In this document: positions 23,201 through 35,200 of the stretch, one piece after another
Numbering within the stretch: position 1 is the first letter of the stretch
How the letters are laid out: each line of letters begins with the position of its first letter
DNA from: Macrostomum hystrix
Lineage: Eukaryota > Animalia > Platyhelminthes
NCBI GenBank assembly: GCA_950097015.1
Contig: CATNEN010000037.1
Location: forward strand, 2,728,001-2,792,000
Reading direction: 5' to 3'
DNA: 64,000 nt
Notes under the pieces: model-generated
Told to the model about the DNA's origin: nothing
The model's input: the letters and a program-made list of their open reading frames with translations, nothing else
Database searches by the model: none
Translations under genes and position numbers: made by a program

Positions 23201-26200
23201 GACTTGAGCCGGAGGACGATCTGTGGAAGCCTCATAGTGGCCTAGGCAAAGGAGAATTTCAATTGTGATTGTGAAACTTTGAAATTACAAATTTCAAATT
23301 ACAAATTACAAATTTCAAATTTCAAATTACAATAACTGACCTCGCATGCGGAAGATTTCCAAATAGTGCGGCTGGCAGTACAGCTGGTTGTCAAGGACGC
23401 CAAAGTTGCCGACGCTGTAGTGGTGTAGGAAGATTATAATTCACCATTTGGATCAATTTATAGTTACTATAATAGCTTTCTTGTCAATTTTATCATCACC
23501 TTGTCACCCAAATTACCACCTTGTTACTCCTGTAAACTACTGGTCCCTCCGATCACTTTTTTGTCATTAAAATCACTTTTTTTCACTCCGATCACCTCCT
23601 AGTCACTCCGATCTTCTCCTAGTCACTCCGATCACCTCCTAGTCACTCCGATCATCTCCTAGTCACTCCGATAACCACCTAGTCAACTCCGATCACCTCG
23701 TAGTCACTCCGATCACCTCCTCGTCACTCCGATCATCTCCTAGTCACTCCGATCACCACCTAGTCACTCCGATCATCTCCTAGTCACTCCGATCACCTCC
23801 TAGTCACTCCGATCACCTCCTAGTCACTCCGATCACCTCCTAGTCACTCCGATCACCTCCTAGTCACTCCGATCACCTCCTAGTCACTCCGATCATCTCC
23901 TAGTCATTCCGATCACCTCCTAGTCACTCCGATCACCTCCTAGTCACGCCGATCACCTCCTAGTCATTCCGATCACCTCCTAGTCACTCCGATCACCTCC
24001 TAGTCACGCCGATCATCTCCTAGTCACTCCTAGTCACTCCGATCACCTCCTAGTCACTCCGATCACCACCTAGTCACTCCGATCATCTCCTAGTCACTCC
24101 GATCACCTCCTAGTCACTCCGATCATCTCCAGTCACTCCTTGTCACTCCGATCACCTCCTAGTCACTCCGATCATCTCCTAGTCACTCCTAGTCACTCCG
24201 ATCACCTCCTAGTCACTCCGATCATCTCCTAGTCACTCCTAGTCACTCCGATCACCTCATAGTCACTCCGATCTGCACCCAGCCAGCACCAACCTGAGCA
24301 GCCTGTTGCACTTGTGGCACCGGTAGCAGGACTTGTGATAGATGTGCCCGTCCGAGGTCAGCAGCTCCATCGGGTAGACCTTCTTCTGGCACAGCCGGCA
24401 CACGTCACCGGGACTGCCCTGTTGAAAAAGAAAATTTAAGTTTGTGCTTTGTAATTTCACATCAAAACTACTTTGATCGGTAGTATAAGCTTTTATGTAT
24501 AGGCGATAGTACAATTTTTTCTAAGAAAGCTTTACTAAAATATTGATTTCATTGTTAAATACATTGTTACCAAAGCACAATGGTCCTCACGTTTATTTTT
24601 TTTATTTGAAGCAACTAAGTGTGGTACACGTTACTAAACAAGAGAAGAACAAGTACAAAAGTTTCTGTATTAGATACTTCGGAAACGCTTACTTTCAGTA
24701 TCTCCGACTAAAAAGAGTAAATTTTAGTAGAAATGCAAGTTGGAAAGTAATCATTTCATAAATAACTTGTCTTGTTAGTTTAATGAGAAGTTATTGAATT
24801 TCACAAAACGAAACTGAAGTTAGTCTAAAAGCCTCAATCCCCTGAAACTTCAGCGAGTCTACAGGCCACAATCCACTGAAACTTCAGCGAGTCTACAAGC
24901 CTCAATCCCCTGAACTTCAGCGAGTCTACAAGCCTCAATCCCCTGAAACTTCAGCGAGTCTACAAGCCTCAATCCACTGAAACTTCAGCGAGTCTACAAG
25001 CCACAATCCACTGAAACTTCAGCGAGTCTACATGCCTCAATCCCCTGAAACTTCAGCGACTCTACAAGCCTCAATCCACTGAAACTTCAGCGAGTCTACA
25101 AGCCACAATCCACTGAAACTTCAGCGAGTCTACAATCCACAATCCCCTGAAACTTCAGCGAGTCTACAAGCCTCAATCCACTGAAACTTCAGCGAGTCTA
25201 CAAGCCACAATCCACTGAAACTTCAGCGAGTCTACAAGCCTCAATCCCCTGAAACTTCAGCGAGTCTACAAGCCTCAATCCACTGAAACTTCAGCGAGTC
25301 TACAATCCACAATCCCCTGAAACTTCAGCGAGTCTACAGTCCTCAATCCACTGAAACTTCAGCGAGTCTACAAGCCTCAATCCACTGAAACTTCAGCGAG
25401 TCTACAAGCCTCAATCCCCTGAAACTTCAGCGAGTCTACAGGCCTCAATCCCCTGAAACTTCAGCGAGTCTAGAGGCCAGAGTACCCTAAAATGAAACCT
25501 CAGCGAGTTGCTCCACATGAGATGTAGTTATGCTCGCAGCTTTGCACGCATTTTAGTTGTAAGGACACTCGATGGAGTTATGAACAGCAGCCTTACAATT
25601 CCAATGCCAACATAATATGGATTTGGCGCATCGGACATTTTCCTGTGCTGCTGATTTGCTGCTGGCTTGGGGTCTGTGGCAGCTGACAGGTCCGCATTGG
25701 CCCAAACCGGCGTGGCCCGCGCCTTGGCGCAAGAGAAACAAAAAAAACAATAGAAATTACAAAAAACAATAAATAACGATTTAAGAGCAATTCATGTGGA
25801 ATGAATAAGTAATATCTAAGCCAAATAACCTTGTACTTCACAGCCATAGACATCCTGTACTCTAGTGCTGACCCAGCCATAGACATCCTGTACTCTAGTG
25901 CTGATCCAGCCATAGACATCCTGTACTCTAGTGCTGATCCAGCCATAGACATCCTGTAATCTTGCACTTCACAGCCATAGACATCCTGTACTCTAGTGCT
26001 GACCCAGCCTAAGAATCTTGTACTTCACAGCCTAAGAATCTTGTACTTCACAGCCTAAGAATCTTGTACTACACAGCCATAGACATCCTGTACTCTAGTG
26101 CTGATCCAGCCTAAGAATCTTGTACTTCACTGCCATAGACATCCTGTACTCTAGTGCTGATCCAGCCTAAGAATCTTGTACTTCACTGCCATAGACATCC

Positions 26201-29200
26201 TGTACTCTAGTGCTGACCCAGCCTAAGAATCTTGTACTTCACAGCCTAAGAATCTTGTACTACACAGCCATAGACATCCTGTACTCTAGTGCTGACCCTG
26301 CCTAATAATCTTGTACTCTAGAGTCGTAAAAATCATGCACTAAAATCACTGCGTTCAGCGGTACTGAAGTGAATGTGCAATAAATAACTGGAAAAGCGAA
26401 TTACATTTATTGTGTGATTTTAACTTACACACAATAGGCGAGATTTTTTTTAATAATGCCTTTCTTAAGGTGCCAGTGAATTTGTCAACGAATCATTGCT
26501 TCTAGACAACCTGTATAAATGAATCGATGGAAAACAGAAGTTTCACTATACGCTACCGTGCTACTAATAGTAAGCAGACAGCAAGCTGCTTTCCCAATCA
26601 GGTGGCGGTGATAAGCTACAATTAGTCAGCGGCTGCGACCATGCTGGACGACAGAAAATACGAGGCACACTTGCACATTCAAAGCGCTAGTTAAAATTTG
26701 TGCAACCTAACAAAATAACAAAACAATGAACTGCTGAATTATGCTTATTTATTGAAATTAGAAAATTTTTACATTAAGCGAATTCCTGGACTGAGATGAG
26801 GCTGCGGTGGCACTGGAAACTGCACCGGAATTGTTCAATGAATGCGACGAACTGTCACTAATGCCGTTGTATTGCTTAGCAACAATCTTGGTGCTGGTAC
26901 TCCAATCGTGCTCCGGTTTGGGACGAAGAGAAATGGCCTGCATTACATGCAAGTGTGCCGAGGTTAGCGTCTTTTTATTTACTTTGCTATTTTTTTGACA
27001 AATTAGTAAAAAAGTTGGTAATACTATTTACAGTAGAGTGACGCATATATTGAATAAGTTTTTTAATTTCATTTAATGAGTTAACTCTTAACTGTAATAC
27101 AGGTGCCTAGAGTCAGTTTTTTCTAATCCTAAAATAATTATTAATTCCGTGATTTTTTTATAACTAAGTGCGCGACAAAGTACAAAAATGTAACGATTAA
27201 GGGAAAATTTCTATGATTCTAGAGAAAAATTAAATCTCCAGTTATAATAAACAAAGATTTTCAAATTTTACCCGTGCAGTTTGGGAGCTGCTAGTGGGGT
27301 TAATGAAGATCGTTTATAAAGATTTTTAGTTACTGACTTAGGCTGTTCTAGCAAATGGTAGAATTTTTTGTTTTTATTTCAAGCAAAAAAACACAAGGTT
27401 AAGTAGGCTAAATAAAAAACTAGACCAGTTTAAGCTCTGTCACAATGCATGCATAATGGCTTAAGAACATTTTTTAGTAGGCTGTTGTTTCATGCTGTTC
27501 AAAAAGCTTGTCTAATGCCAGCCACTCAATGGAAGTCAAGCGGTGCTACAGAAAATAAAACTAGATCTAAACGTTATTCCGCGCCAGCCAATGAGAGCCA
27601 AGCAGGGGGACGAGAAAATTTTCTATGTAATTTACATTCTAACACCAGCCAATAAGAGTTAAACAAGGGACGAGACATTTTTAAAAGTAATTCATGCTCC
27701 TGCACCAACCAATAAGCGTCACTCAGAAGAAATTAGGAACAGAAAATACGAAAGCTGAATTGAAGCAAAATCAAAGCCAATTAGACGCTCAGTCAAATGC
27801 ACTTACCACTCCGCTACCGCTGGACTCAACTTCGTACTGGCGATCTTCCACTGGCGAGGCGACTGCGGCGGGAACGGCTGCGGCAGCGGCGGAAGCGACA
27901 AAATCGACATTTCGTCCGAAGTGGCTGTCAGTAGGATGGGCAACTGACTGGCCGTCAGCTGATTGTATGCTGCCAAAGTCGATGGCGGAGTCCTGCTGCT
28001 GCTGGGCCATGTCGGAAGGTGTCTCACTGTCCAAATCGGCAATTGGTTGCTCTTGTTTTTCTTGTCGTTGCTGATGCTCAAAGCCGCCTTCGGGCGCTTC
28101 CACTGGTGAAAAAGCGCTGGGTTCCTCTGCACATTTCAAATGGAGAAGCAAATTTATTTAGAATTATTTGGAAATAGGCCAAAAATTAAAAGCATTTGTG
28201 CATGCAAATATAAAAACGACCACAGCAATCCTTGTTTGTGAATTAAAAAAGTATCTACGAGAAGTGATGACCTGTCAGTAGACGGAGGCAAGTGATGGCC
28301 TGTCATTGTACTGAGGCAAGTGATGACCTGTCAGTAGACGGAGGCAAGTGATGGCCTGTCATTGTACTGAGGCAAGTGATGACCTGTCAGTAGACGGAGG
28401 CAAGTGATGACCTGTCAGTAGACGGAGGCAAGTAATGAACTATCAGTAGACTGAGGCAAGTGATGACTTGTCATTGTACTGAGGCAAGTGATGACCTGTC
28501 AGTAGACGGAGGCAAGTGATGACTTGTCATTGTACTGAGGCAAGTGATGACCTGTCATTGTACTGAGGCAAGTGATGACTTGTCATTGTACTGAGGCAAG
28601 TGATCACCTGTCAGTAGACGGAGGCAAGTGATGACCTGTCAGTAGACGGAGGCAAGTGATGACTTGTCATTGTACTGAGGCAAGTGATGACCTGTCATTG
28701 TACTGAGGCAAGTGATGACCTGTCAGTAGACGGAGGCAAGTGATGAATTGTCATTGTACTGAGGCAAGTGATGACCTGTCAGTAGACGGAGGCAAGTGAT
28801 GACTTGTCATTGTACTGAGGCAAGTGATGACCTGTCAGTAGACGGAGGCAAGTGATGACTTGTCATTGTACTGAGGCAAGTGATGACCTGTCAGTAGACG
28901 GAGGCAAGTGATGACCTGTCAGTAGACGGAGGCAAGTAATGAACTATCAGTAGACTGAGGCAAGTGATGACTTGTCATTGTACTGAGGCAAGTGATCACC
29001 TGTCAGTAGACGGAGGCAAGTGATGACCTGTCAGTAGACGGAGGCAAGTGATGACCTGTCAGTAGACGGAGGCAAGTGATGACTTGTCATTGTACTGAGG
29101 CAAGTGATGACCTGTCATTGTACTGAGGCAAGTGATGACCTGTCATTGTACTGAGGCAAGTGATGACCTGTCAGTAGACGGAGGCAAGTGATGACCTGTC

Positions 29201-32200
29201 ATTGTACTGAGGCAAGTGATGACCTGTCATTGTACTGAGGCAAGTGATGACCTGTCATTGTACTGAGGCAAGTGATGACCTGTCATTGTACTGAGGCAAG
29301 TGATGACCTGTCATTGTACTGAGGCAAGTGATGACCTGTCATTGTACTGAGGCAAGTGATGACCTGTCATTGTACTGAGGCAAGTGATGACCTGTCATTG
29401 TACTGAGGCAAGTGATGACCTGTCATTGTACTGAGGCAAGTGATGACCAATGGAATCGTCATAGAAAGATGACCGGTAATTAGACTGGCAGATGGATGAA
29501 GATGAAGACAAACTAATGGATAAAAAAGTATCAAGATAACATTGATCAGAGGCAAGTTGCAAGCAAGCTAATGGTGACTAAAATCCTAGCTGAGTCATGT
29601 GAGCAGTGCCGGCCATGTCTGGCCTGAGTATTGAATAATACGAGTGGGATTTAGCTAAAAGAGCACATCGATTTCTATGCCAAACCCGGCCTCCGTCTCC
29701 TGTCTGACTCTGAGTCTGCTAGAAATCCTCTCTTAACTCTCGGGGTCGATAGCAAAACTCGATCAGGGGAGCCGAATGTGCTCACAAAAATAAGAGAGAG
29801 AGAGAGGGGACGAACAAGATGGAGCCGGGAAAGAGAAGTGTGGAAGAAAGGGTAGAAATAAAGTCAGTACAACTGCACACGCCACCACTGTACAATTTTT
29901 GTGCACGCCGTCTGCACCCAAGCAGTTGCTATGCAAATCAGCCAGACCGACTGCTGGTGGTAGTAACAAGGAATTAAAGAAATAAAATTTAACTCAGTAG
30001 CAACCACCAGTCAATGAATAGCTGTTCATCAAAACTAAACCCGAGTTATAAGATACGAAAAGGCCAAGCAGAGAAAGCTCTGCTTTTGGCATAAAATAAT
30101 TATAAAGTCAAGTGAGACAGCGACGGAGAGAGAGAGGTGGGGTGGTCAATCTTATCTACATTCTCTCGCCCTCTCGCCCTCTTCACGGCACACATAATCA
30201 ACACCAGAGCAGTGCATGTCCAGGCTGCATGTCCAGGCTGCATGTGGGGCTTATAGTGAAGCTAAGACGAGGCGCTCTACTGAAATTTGCTGCTACATAG
30301 TGGACCCACTGCTGGTGAATAGGTACTCGTAAACACCACCATAGAGAAATAGAATTCCAAAACGCAAAGATAAGGCTAGTGTTTTTCAAATAAATTTATT
30401 TCAGTTCAAGAATTGGACACACTCTGTGACTTAAAAATGGTATTGTGAGCTGAAATTATAAAACTCGTAAGTAAGGAATTAAAATATACAGCGCTGAAGT
30501 GAAAATACTCGAGTTGACAGTGAGAATACGATATAGAAAGCCGCTATTGTGTATATGTCAGATACGGAGTTGTGTTTAAGTGGAATGCAGAATTGTGTTT
30601 AAGTGGAATGCAGAATTGTGTTTATGTGGAATAGAGAATTGTGTTTAAGTGGAATGGAGAATTGGGTTTATGTGGAATGCAGAATTGTGTTTATGTGGAA
30701 TGCAGAATTGGGTTTATGTGGAATGGAGAATTGTGTTTATGTGGTATGGAGAATTGTGTTTATGTGGAATGCAGAATTGTGTTTAAGTGGAATGGAGAAT
30801 TGTGTTTATGTGGAATGCAGAAATGTGTTTATGTGGAATGCAGAATTGTGTTTATGTGGAAAGCAGAATTGTGTTTATGTGGAATGCAGAATTGTGTTTA
30901 TGTGGAATGCAGAATTGTGTTTATGTGGAATGGAGAATTGTGTTGAAGTGGAATGGAGAATTGTGTTTAAGTGGAATGCAGAATTGTGTTTAAGTGGAAT
31001 GCAGAATTGTGTTGGAATGCAGAATTGTGTTGGAATGCAGAATTGTGTTTAAGTGGAATGCAGAATTGTGTTTAAGTGGAATGCAGAATTGTGTTTATGT
31101 GGAATGCAGAATTGTGTTTAAGTGGAATGCAGAATTGTGTTTAAGTGGAATGCAGAATTGTGTTTATGTGGAATGCAGAATTGTGTTTATGTGGAATGCA
31201 GAATTGTGTTTAAGTGGAATGGAGAATTGTGTTTAAGTGGAATGGAGAATTGTGTTTAAGTGGAATGCAGAATTGTGTTTATGTGGAATGGAGAATTGTG
31301 TTTAAGTGGAATGGAGAATTGTGTTTAAGTGGAATGCAGAATTGTGTTTAAGTGGAATGGAGAATTGCGTTTAAGTGGAGTGGAGAATTGTGTTTATGTG
31401 GAATGGAGAATTGTGTTTAAGTGGAATGCAGAATCGTGTTTATGTGGAATGCAGAATTGTGTTTATGTGGAATGCAGAATTGTGTTTAAGTGGAATGCAG
31501 AATTGTGTTTAAGTGGAATGCAGAATTGTGTTTAAGTGGAATGCAGAATTGTGTTTATGTGGAATGCAGAATTGTGTTTATGTGGAATGCAGAATTGTGT
31601 TTAAGTGGAATGGAGAATTGTGTTTAAGTGGAATGGAGAATTGTGTTTAAGTGGAATGCAGAATTGTGTTTATGTGGAATGGAGAATTGTGTTTATGTGG
31701 AATGCAGAATTGTGTTTAAGTGGAATGCAGAATTGTGTTTAAGTGGAATGCAGAATTGTGTTTATGTGGAATGCAGAATTGTGTTTATGTGGAATGCGGT
31801 CTCACCAGATCCGCGCCGACGGCTCCAGCAGCACAGAGCTGATGAAATTCTTTGGTAGTGCGAAATAGCAAGGCAGTTAACGATTGATGCGCAGATAAGA
31901 AATAATAATGAATGCAGTGGAGCCCAAGATGCACCTCAAACAGCTGGTTTGGAGGGCCAATAAGCATTGACCAATGACCAACTGAGTCAAACTAAATTAT
32001 GCATCAGGGGCCGGATGGAATGCGAAATAAAGCAAGTTGTAAAAATGTATTGATAGATAAGAACTCTTGACTGGGAGCGAAACAGACAAGGTACTAAACT
32101 GCTGCTCACGAGACCATTCAGCAAATGCCTTCATACTTGCACTATAGTGGGCACAACTGAAACTATACATTGATTATTCAGTCAGCTGGGACAATGCCAC

Positions 32201-35200
32201 TTGCCAACCGCCTATTTTGCTTAAAACTTTGCATCACTTCATCAGTGCAACCTCACATAATTTATTTGATTCTCTCTGAGGATTTCCTATGTTCTCATCC
32301 CCTCTTCTCAACCTCCCACACCCTCAACATCTTCTCTTCCCAAACTCCTATTTCCTCCACATCCCCTCTTCTCAACCTCCCATTTCCAACACATCCCCTC
32401 TTCTCAACCTCCCATATCCACAACATCCTCTCTTCCCAAACTCCCATATCCTTAACATCCTCTCTTCCCAACTCTGTCCTTGAGAATCAAAAAAAGTTAT
32501 TACATCGAAGCCCCTTACCGATTGGCTGGAAAATTCCGGCAGCCTCTGGCTCTTCTCTGATTGGCTGGCTCTGATCCTGTGGCGACTCTGGGGTGACTGC
32601 TGAGCACACTGGGTCCGCTAGGGCCGACTGGCTCTGCAAGTAAATTGCTCCAATTAAAAAATAGTCAAATAAACAACCAATCAAACCGAAAGACGTGTAA
32701 AAAACTGGTGTGACAAAAATAAAACCCTATTTGGTCAATTAGAAGTTTTTAACTGGGCACAGAAAATGCGCTGTAACAGCAAAAACTGATGCACTTCAAG
32801 ATCAGAGGCTGGTGGCTGAGACAATGAAGGATCAGAGGATGGTGGCTGAGGCATCGAAGGATCAGAGGATGGTGGCTGAGACACTGAAGGATCAGAGGAT
32901 GGTGGCTGAGGCAATGAAGGATCAGAGGATGGTGGCTGAGACACTGAAGGATCAGAGGAAGGTGGCTGAGGCAATGAAGGATCAGAGGATGGTGGCTGAG
33001 ACACTGAAGGATCAGAGGATGGTGGCTGAGGCAATGAAGGATCAGAGGATGGTGGCTGAGGCAATGAAGGATCAGAGGATGGTAGCTGAGACACTGAAGG
33101 ATCAGAGGAAGGTGGCTGAGGCAATTAAGGATCAGAGGATGGTGGCTGAGACACTGAAGGATCAGAGGATGGTGGCTGAGGCAATGAAGGATCAGAGGAT
33201 GGTGGCTGAGGCAATGAAGGATCAGAGGATGGTGGCTGAGACACTGACGGATCAGAGGAAGGTGGCTGAGGCAATTAAGGATCAGAGGATGGTGGCTGAG
33301 ACACTGAAGGATCAGAGGAAGGTGGCTGAGGCAATGAAGGATCAGAGGATGGTGGCTGAGGCAATGAAGGATCAGAGGATGGTGGCTGAGACACTGAAGG
33401 ATCAGAGGAAGGTGGCTGAGGCAATGAAGGATCAGAGGATGGTGGCTGAGGCAATGAAGGATCAGAGGAAGGTGGCTGAGGCAATGAAGGATCAGAGGAT
33501 GGTGGCTGAGACACTGAAGGATCAGAGGAAGGTGGCTGAGGCAATGAAGGATCAGAGGATGGTGGCTGAGGCAATGAAGGATCAGAGGAAGGTGGCTGAG
33601 GCAATGAAGGATCAGAGGATGGTGGCTGAGGCAATGAAGGATCAGAGGATGGTGGCTGAGGCATTGAAGGATCGGAGGCTGGTGGCTGAGGCATTGAAGG
33701 ATCAGAGGCTGGTGGCTGAGGCATTGAAGGATCAGAGGCTGGTGGCTGAGGCAATGAAGGATCAGAGGCTGGTGGCTGAGGCAATGAAGGATCAGAGGAT
33801 GGTGGCTGAGGCATCGAAGGATCAGAGGATGGTGGCTGAGACACTGAAGGATCAGAGGATGGTGGCTGAGGCAATGAAGGATCAGAGGATGGTGGCTGAG
33901 ACACTGAAGGATCAGAGGAAGGTGGCTGAGGCAATGAAGGATCAGAGGATGGTGGCTGAGACACTGAAGGATCAGAGGATGGTGGCTGAGGCAATGAAGG
34001 ATCAGAGGATGGTGGCTGAGGCATCGAAGGATCAGAGGATGGTGGCTGAGACACTGAAGGATCAGAGGATGGTGGCTGAGGCAATGAAGGATCAGAGGAT
34101 GGTGGCTGAGACACTGAAGGATCAGAGGAAGGTGGCTGAGGCAATGAAGGATCAGAGGATGGTGGCTGAGACACTGAAGGATCAGAGGATGGTGGCTGAG
34201 GCAATGAAGGATCAGAGGATGGTGGCTGAGGCAATGAAGGATCAGAGGATGGTGGCTGAGACACTGAAGGATCAGAGGAAGGTGGCTGAGGCAATGAAGG
34301 ATCAGAGGATGGTGGCTGAGGCAATTAAGGATCAGAGGATGGTGGCTGAGACACTGAAGGATCAGAGGAAGGTGGCTGAGGCAATGAAGGATCAGAGGAT
34401 GGTGGCTGAGGCAATGAAGGATCAGAGGATGGTGGCTGAGACACTGAAGGATCAGAGGAAGGTGGCTGAGGCAATGAAGGATCAGAGGATGGTGGCTGAG
34501 GCAATGAAGGATCAGAGGAAGGTGGCTGAGGCAATGAAGGATCAGAGGATGGTGGCTGAGGCAATGAAGGATCAGAGGATGGTGGCTGAGGCATTGAAGG
34601 ATCAGAGGCTGGTGGCTGAGGCATTGAAGGATCAGAGGCTGGTGGCTGAGGCAATGAAGGATCAGAGGCTGGTGGCAGAGGCATTGAAGGATCAGAGGCT
34701 GGTGGCTGAGGCAATGAAGGATCAGAGGCTGGTGGCTGAGGCAATGAAGGATCAGAGGCTGGTGGCAGAGGCATTGAAGGATCAGAGGATGGTGGCAGAG
34801 GCAATGAAGGATCAGAGGCTGGTGGCAGAGGCATAGAAGGATCAGAGGCTGGTGGCTGAGGCAATGAAGGATCAGAGGAAGGTTTTATTAAACTTTAACT
34901 AATTATGATTATTGCCTGTAACATACCTACCAAAGTAAAGATAGGGTATGACAGTTTTGTTTTAGAAACTTTCGATAACCCCTAGACATCAGCCAAAAGA
35001 GACAAAGAATAAAGAGAATGGATTGGCCATTACAAAAAAATGAGTGAGCAAAGAAACAATATTCACAAATCCGAGGCGATGACAAATTTCTTTATTTGGT
35101 TCCAGGGTCCTATACAAACTAAAACGATTACATTTTGGCCGCGTAATAACTACTTCTGGTTCTCAAATCAACACTGCCAATAAACTGGTCGAGAGAAAAA

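Noticed and set aside
29700-30400. Short ORFs and AG acceptors as missing LIM-gene exons
   Set aside because: No convincing donor and phase combination; the gene model closes without them
30570-31798. GGAAT-rich array as a heat-shock-element or satellite III analogue
   Set aside because: GAA spacing does not fit nGAAnnTTCn arrays; the resemblance is limited to a pentamer
32812-34836. 674-aa ORF (AEAMKDQRMV)n and the opposite-strand (QPPSSDPSLP)n ORFs
   Set aside because: Pure 30-bp minisatellite inside a LIM-gene intron. The long frame is antisense to the gene, and the sense frame is broken by stop-containing variant units.
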